DNA from: Octopus vulgaris
Taxonomy: Eukaryota
Direction: 5' to 3'
Length of the DNA stretch: 64,000 nt
NCBI GenBank assembly: GCA_951406725.2
Contig: OX597826.1
Location: 58,590,001 to 58,654,000, forward strand
Shown here: positions 56,758-64,000 of the stretch, piece after piece
Layout of the letters: every line of letters starts with the position of its first letter
How positions within the stretch are numbered: the stretch's first letter is position 1
Notes under the pieces: generated by a model
Told to the model about the DNA's origin: nothing
What the model saw: only the letters and a program-made list of their open reading frames with translations
Databases searched by the model: none
Made by a program: the position numbers and the translations under genes

Positions 56758-57955
56758 ATACCTGTAAAACTGCTCGGGGTCTGGTTCGGACCGGACCTCC
56801 AACTGGAGAAGAACTGCAGCGAGGTGACGAGCAGCTTAGCCAGTCTCACCCAGAAATGGATCGAGAGGAAGCTATCCTTGAAAAGTCGAGCAGAGGTGGC
56901 GAACACATACGTCGCCTCAGTCATTTACTACCGCCTCACCGTCGTGCCTTGCCCCAATTCGTACCTGGTCAAGCTGGAGCGTTTGCTTTCCGTCTCTTAT
57001 GGAAAGGACGGACTCAGCTGGTCAAGCGCTCCATTTGCTGTCAACACTCTATGAACGGTGGACTGGGTATGCCGTGGCTATTGATACGCAGACATGCGCT
57101 GAAGCTACGACACACCCAGCGTTTCCTCGACGACGGTAAGCAGGTATGGTCGCCTTTGTCAGATTCGCTTTCCTGTAGAGTCTTTTCGACTGAGCTGCAA
57201 TCTTGGATCAAGCGTAGGCTGAGGCTGGGCGTCTGGCACCTGGATTGTCACCAGGCGCTCATGCACTTCAGCCAGTCGCGCAATGCGGTTAGTGGAAGTT
57301 CTACTCTGGCGTTGTATAGAGGGTTAGTGGTGAAAGGAAACGACGACATTCTTGGGGAGACTCAAGGCGTCAATGAATTTCACCTCACCAGTCTGTTCTG
57401 GAGGACTTTCGGGCCGGGGCCTATGGATAACTTCCAGAAATTCCTGGCCTGGCCTGGCAGTGCTATAGCGGGGAGGGGCTTTGCCTGTTCGAGATAAACT
57501 CTACAGGCACGGAAGTGCTGTCAGTCGGACCTGCTCGAGATGTTTGCAGAGCGACGAAACTGTTCTGCTCGCATTCGTTCAGTGCCCGAGCATATCTGAT
57601 ATATAGGATTATGTCGGACACCAGCTGTCACGTGTAGGACGTGCTTGCTTGTCAGCTCATTCCATCATGAAGATTGCCACGCCGCCTTCGTTTGGCCGGA
57701 AAGGGAAGGCAATTTTAATCTGTCTCGTGGCTGAAGCGAAAGAGGTTGTGTGGTGGTCTAAACTGAGAGGGCTGAAGACATACTTTTCTCTTTGGTCTAA
57801 CCCTCATCAAATTTTTCAGATACCATCTGAAAAAGAAAGTGAGGGTTGAGAGAGAAGTGCCAACTTCCTGCAATTTTGTTAAAAGGTGGGTGAATGTGGC
57901 GAAAATGGTCTGTGTCAACAGGCCTACTTTGAGCATGCGCTTTTGAGTTTCCAAG

Positions 57956-57989
<34 letters not shown>

Positions 57990-58216
57990 GAAGAGGGATG
58001 TTGCCCTGGTAGTTGTAGCGCTAGTGGATTTTCCGTGGGGTCTCCATGAGTAGCCCAATGTTGCTTGCCTCTTTTAGGCATTTTCTTTGTTATATTTTTA
58101 AATATTTTATTGTTATTGATTATTTACACGGCACTTTATGTAACTCTACTTCATCTTTCATGTTTTGTAATATCCAATCTTATTTTTGACGGCCCTTGTG
58201 GCTAATGAAGAAAGGA
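56758..58216 (+). mobile_element. 5'-truncated L1/Tx1-clade LINE (ORF2 thumb + zf-RVT, frameshifted) with 3' UTR
   Basis: PVKLLGVWFG...WIERKLSLKSRAEVAN...FRLLWKG...NGGLGMP...LPVRDKLYRHG...TCSRCLQSDETVLLAFVQCP...FVKRWV; stop at ~57945, then T-rich 3' UTR. Confidence 0.92.
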
Positions 58217-58219
58217 CTA

Positions 58220-58314
<95 letters not shown>

Positions 58315-59120
58315 TGTATTGGTGGAATTATAAAGGTGTGGGTAGATCAATTGTACCTGTTTACGTTCGCTCTCTCTATGGCACCTTTTTTATAATTGAA
58401 CATATTCTCTTACAATTTAGTTTTCCTTTGTTTCCCTTCTTCACATTTCTCGCCCCAAACCACGCTTCATTTCCTCCTCCTCCACCTCCTCCCCTCCTTC
58501 CATCCCCTCCTCCTCCACCTTACCTTTTATTATGTTCCGTATTTCCTTTGAAGTGTTATTTCCTTTATTCCTTCCTCTTTGTTTATTTGTATTCATGTGA
58601 AGTTTTTCTTAATGAATACCCACCTTGTCCTAGCTTAACCTTAGCTATCTCACTACCCTTAGTGGAGCTACCTTACCTTCGCCTCATCTCACTTTCTCCA
58701 TCGTACCTCAATTTACCTGTATATCCGAACTGATCTTATCTGTCTTTTTCTTTGTTTTTAGCATATTTTTTAAAGTTTATATATTTTTTTTGCGTTCAAA
58801 TTTGCTTTGTTGTATATTTTATTCTTTGAATTCCTTTTGCGCAACCCACTGTATCTTTCTCCTTCTCCTGTATGTATGCATGTATGTATGTATGTATGTA
58901 TGTATGTATGTATGTATGTATGTATGTATGTATGTATATTTGTATAGATGGGTGGATGGATCAGTCTATCTATCTAGGTATCTCTCTCTCAAACAATATA
59001 TGAATATATATATTCTCACTCTTTCTTTTGCACCTCGCTACTTCCCTCCATCTCTCTCTATATATATATGTATATATACATATGTGCGTGTGTGTGTATA
59101 CATACATACATACATACAAA

Positions 59121-59171
<51 letters not shown>

Positions 59172-59416
59172 AATTTTGCCCTGTCATTCTAATACTGCAC
59201 TCACACGAAATCAGAAGAAACGAAGTGGTTTAGGTCTTACCATTAATTCACTGTTAATCCCCCTCTTAGTCTCTCTTTACCTTTTTACCTCTTTATTTCT
59301 CATTCCTCTCTCTTTCTTCGGGCACACGCACGCACACACCCGCCCGCCCGCACATACGCACGTACACACACACGTATAAAAAGATAGATAAATATAGATA
59401 GATAGAACGATAGATG

Positions 59417-59493
<77 letters not shown>

Positions 59494-60089
59494 GCAACTA
59501 CGCAACTAGCCAGACCGACAAAAACTTATGTACCCACCTCCCCCGTTTCCCCACATCATTTCATGATAACAGTAATGTACGCCTTTATGAAATGTTAATA
59601 TGGGCGTTAACTTGAAAAGTAAAAATTGTATACAAAATACGGCCTCCAATCGTGCTAAATCACAATAAATTTATTTACTTATATTGTTTTTGTTTATACT
59701 CCTGATCGAGTAGACATATGATGAAAGACGTTTCTGTCATTCGTATGTATTATACATAGCTATGAATACACTGTTCTATATGCCCTCCTTCCTTTCAAAT
59801 TCATGTCGGCTTTCGTCAAAAATGGCCGCCAATTTTTTAACGCAGTTTAACTCTTCGTTTAGAAATGGTTATCACAATGCATTATTAAGTCATATTTTCT
59901 TTTTTATCGGCAGACGATGTCTTCCATATTTCTGTGTAGCTTAGCCAACAAACTTGTGCTAGCCTAATATAACTAAAATTACAAATATTCTGTCCATGAC
60001 CATCCATCCTGTCAATTAGGTAGTGGTGGATGGATTATCTACAGTGGATTCTTTTAAGGCGTTGTAGTGAGATATGTGAATTAAGTATG

Positions 60090-60622
60090 AAAGATGCATT
60101 GCCCCAAACAGAAACTGCTGGAGAAACTCCGTGGATTTCAAGCTCTTCTACAGTCATCGCAATGCTGGGAACCCTTCCATAGATTCAGCAGGTATCTCAG
60201 AGTCATAAGCGTTTCGCCCCTTAGCATTCCTGTGTAGGAATGAACTAGCCTTCACTCACAGAAGGGTTCCACTTCTGGTCTCTGATCCACCATAATGACC
60301 TGCCATGCTTATCTCCCATGAAGTCTTTCATCACTCGTTTGGATCCGAACCAATCTTCTGTGGGAAATAGCGAACAGACTCAGCTGGAAAGCTACGACAA
60401 CCGACTTCAATGGAAAATGAGGCCACATGTCATCATTTGAAAAGGGCCTCGTCGACTAAGACCTTGTTATTTTGTTTCCTTTACCAGGTGGTAAATAACG
60501 AGTGTGTCCTCCGAAGGCTCTGTGAGTTCATCCACAACGATTATTTCTGTATTCCAGGAGAGCACGAAAATGTCTGGCTTAAGTGATCTTACTACTATCT
60601 CCTCTGGCAAGACACGTACTTT
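60090..60622 (-). mobile_element. 3' relic of a HERO-clade RLE non-LTR retrotransposon
   Basis: Minus strand LPEEIVVRSLKPDIFVLSWNTEIIVVDELTEPSED...KETK*QGL/VDE...SIEVGCRSFPAES...SLWWIRDQKW. Matches RPDIV..ELTVPWE..KY..IEVGCRGF..WLW of HERO elements. Confidence 0.82.
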
Positions 60623-61327
60623 GGAATTAAAAGCATATACATTATCTTTATCTTTTAGTTACTTCAGTCATTAGACTACGGCCATGCTGGGACAACGTCT
60701 TGAAGAACTTGAAGTACTTCCTTAAAACCTGGTACTTATTCTATTGGTTTCTCTTTTGCCGAACCGCTAATTTGCACAGACGTAAGTACACTAACGCCAG
60801 TTGTCAAGCGGTGGAGGGAGATAAACACAAACGCAAACACACATGCGCTCACACATACACACGCATACACACACGCACACACAACGGGTTTCCATCTTCC
60901 AAATCCATTTGCAAGGCCTTAGTCGACCCGAGGCTATAGCAGAAGGTGCTACGCAGTAGCACTGAACCCGGCACAACGTGGTTGTGAAGCAAATTTCTTA
61001 CCACAGCCACGTCTTTTATATTTATCGAATATTTAATTAACAATAACAACACTAACAACGACAGTATTGGTTTCTTATTTTGGTAAAAGACCAGAAACTT
61101 TAGTGGTTGTCTTTGGTGCCAATACATGACTGGTATTTATTTTACCGATCCTTGATGGAAGAAAAGCCAAGTTAAACATCAAATTTTGACTGTTGCTCTA
61201 CTGATACTATTAAAGGCACTTTATTGTCTGTGTTACTTCTTTATTGAATACGTAAGATAGTATTTGAGATTCGGCTGTCATTTCTAACATGCCTATCAAC
61301 CGTGTTGAGCCGCCTCATAAGTTCATT

Positions 61328-61540
61328 CTTTTCTACTCTAGGCACAAGGCCTGAAATTTTGGGGAAAGGGGCCAGTCGATCAGATCGACCACAGTATGCA
61401 ACTGGTACTTAATTTATCGACCCCGAAAGATTGAAAGGCAAAGTCGACCTCGGCGGAATTTGAACTCAGAACATAAATACGGAGGAAATGCCCCTAAGCA
61501 TTTCGTCCGAATTGCTAACATTTCAGCCAGCTCGTCGCTT
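61328..61540 (-). mobile_element. SINE family C with diverged TSD
   Basis: TSD-like CCTCATAAGTTCATT (61313-61327) / CCTCATTAGGTCATT (61542-61556). Confidence 0.9.
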
Positions 61541-61623
61541 TCCTCATTAGGTCATTATGCCATCAATGTCGTTATTTATGTTATTGGTGTTATTGTTTAG
61601 TGAAAATGTATACTCCAAATGAG

Positions 61624-61740
61624 TACCGTAAATCTTCGAGTATAGTCCGCCCTTGAGTATAATACGCAGGGGATGATTTTTAGGGGGCTGTACCTCTGAA
61701 AAAACCTAAACCTTGTGTATAATACGCACCACTTCTCTAA
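61624..61740 (+). mobile_element. Left end of a pogo/Tc2-like MITE
   Basis: TA|CCGTAAATCTTCGAGTATAGTCCGC with repeated GTATAATACGCA; a related end at ~46013-46090. Confidence 0.6.
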
Positions 61741-62119
61741 GTTGGTCGGCCCGTGGCTAGAGCAGAAGGCACTGAATTCAGAATCATGTGGTTGGGAAGC
61801 AAATGTGTGTGTATGTGTATATGTGATTGTGGCTTGAAGGATATTTCGCTGCTATTTCTGGCAAATTGTGATCCCACGTACAGTTAGAGTCTCGTTCGTA
61901 GATTCATAGTTAGTTACAACAGTATATCTCTATTTAGTCGCATCAGAGAAGGGTTCGATCACGATCATCGTCACTACCTCTGACACGATACCACCTCTGT
62001 TGTCATTGGCGACGGTTTCCTTTTGATCATCACTGTCATCATCGTCATAATCATCATTAATCTCATCATTATTAGTAGCAGCAGTAGCACCAACATCATC
62101 ATCACGGTAACCGAAATAA

Positions 62120-62892
62120 CACCACTACCACCACCACCACCACCATCACCAAATTGCTATTACCATAACTACCACCACTAGCACTACTACCAACACCACC
62201 ACCTTCATTCTCTACCACCGTCAATATTTCCTTTCCTGAACATCACTACTGTCACTACCACCACCACCACCACCACCACCACTACCACCATAATCATCAT
62301 CATCACCATCATTATTACCGTCCTTACCATCACCACTACCATCAGACCACCAACAATCTCCACCACCACTATCACCACCATCTCTACCACCTCCACCATT
62401 CTCATCATCACCATTACCACTACCATCAGACCAACACCACCACCACCACCACCATAACACCGCCACCAGCACCAGCACCACCAACACCATCACCATCATT
62501 GCCATCACCACTACCATCGGACCACCACCAACACCACCACCACCATCTTCATCATCACCATCACCACCACCACCACCACCATCACCATCATCATAATCAT
62601 CATCATCACCATCAGACTACCACCACCATCATTATTACCATCTTTACCATCACCACTACCATCAGATCACCAACAACCTCCACCACCACTACCACCACAA
62701 TCACTATCACTTCCCACCACCATCATCATCATCATCATCATCACCACTACCATCAGACCACCTCCACCAGCACCATCACCAGCACCAGCAGCAGCACCAC
62801 CACCACCACCACCACCACCACCACCACCATCATCACCATCACCACTACCATCAGACCACCACCACCATCAACACCGCCACCCCACCTCCACC
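62120..62892. repeat. CAC/CAT low-complexity tract with a recurrent ACCACTACCATCAGACCACC unit
   Basis: Direct reading. Confidence 0.9.
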
Positions 62893-63709
62893 TCTTTGAC
62901 ACGAACTTATATTCAGAATAAAACCTGAAACGTATGACTGAACTCGTATAAATATTTACGGGTGAGTGCGGGATTTACTCAACATTAATTAATTCACGGG
63001 AGTTCACAATAGACGTCAGATATTTGGATATAGACGCACAGACAGACAAACGAATTTTCTCAAGATAGCTGCCATATTGACTAAGATATAGAATCAGATA
63101 AGTTATACGTATCATTACATTCATTCATCCATCCGATAACTTCCTTTATACCACATCGATATATTCTCTTCATCCATTAATACATAAGTTTTATTTTCCT
63201 AAAATCACGTCTTTATTGATTTATTCGTTCAATCATTCATTTATTTTTGTCATAATCTATATGCGTTCTTAAAGGCGATTAATGGCAGAATTGAATGATA
63301 TTCGTTCCAACTCCTATCGTTATGAGTTCGTATCGTGCCGATGTCAATTATCACCTTTCATTGTTAAATTTATTGGCGATAAATAAAGCAACGTTTTTGT
63401 ACAAGGGACGACTTAATCCACTAATCCTTTCCATCAAGAACTGCTGGTTTTGTTGCAAAATTACAGGCGATCACGTTTAGCTTTTTCCCCTTTATCAATG
63501 TTCCCCGGTAATGTTCAAATTTCATGCTGTCAAATAGTACAGCAGCTACCACCATCACCACAACCTGCAATACCAGCACCTCTCTCAACCATCAACACCA
63601 CCACTACCACTACCACTACGACTACCACCACGCCGCCGCCGCCACCATCACCGCCGCCACCACCACCACCACCACCTCCACCACCAGCTGCAGCAGCAGC
63701 AGCAGCAGC

Positions 63710-63957
63710 TATGATGCTCTTCCACTTCTTCTGCTCGTGATCAGAGATGCACATATCAACAGCCACTAAGGGACATGCTCAACTAGTTAAGGTCAAGCAA
63801 TTGACAAGAAAATTTGTGGTATTGAGCAGAATACTTGCTGTAACCCATCTTTTATACCAAGACAAAATTTACATGATTACACATGCAATCGGTTAAGATC
63901 AGAAGCCATGAGAACCACTGCCTGGTACTGCAACAGAGCATTTATTATTATTATTAT
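63710..63957. mobile_element. Terminal fragment of an interspersed element abutting (TTA)n
   Basis: Non-repetitive block ending CCTGGTACTGCAACAGAGCA-TTTATTATTATT; family not established from this window. Confidence 0.35.
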
Positions 63958-64000
63958 CCTATGTTTGACTTTTGCTTTACATTTGTACAAGTTGGCTCTA

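Noticed and set aside
56739-57497. 252-aa ORF as a host gene
   Set aside because: It is a frame-mixed read of a broken L1/Tx1 ORF2.
63885-63935. U2 snRNA-like words (GGTTAAGATCA, CCTGGTACTGCA)
   Set aside because: Only two short matches with wrong spacing; no branch-point recognition region or Sm site.

Overview
AT-rich eukaryotic non-coding DNA, dense in microsatellites. The SINE families and microsatellite spectrum look like a coleoid cephalopod, probably Octopus; this is my inference, not a database result. I find no intact host protein-coding gene, and nearly all ORF-track entries are microsatellite translation artefacts. The window is a patchwork of tRNA-derived SINEs (at least 4 families) and decayed non-LTR retrotransposon relics: Penelope-like RT and GIY-YIG pieces, R4/Dong and HERO restriction-like endonuclease tails, L1/Tx1 ORF1 and ORF2 pieces, and RTE-like 5' UTRs. 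DNA-transposon MITEs (hAT-Charlie, Tigger/pogo) and a non-autonomous Helitron are also present. The most striking unannotated signal is about 14 type I hammerhead-ribozyme (HHR) motifs with tiny palindromic stem III. Most lie in short non-coding elements embedded in (TA)n/(GATA)n tracts. One HHR sits in the loop of a ~117-bp-arm rod-like fold-back (51987-52371), one in an interlocked inverted-repeat element (8722-9219), and a multi-copy ~180-bp family carries a non-canonical CUGUCGA/CUGUGGA core. All structures were paired by eye, and activity is untested.
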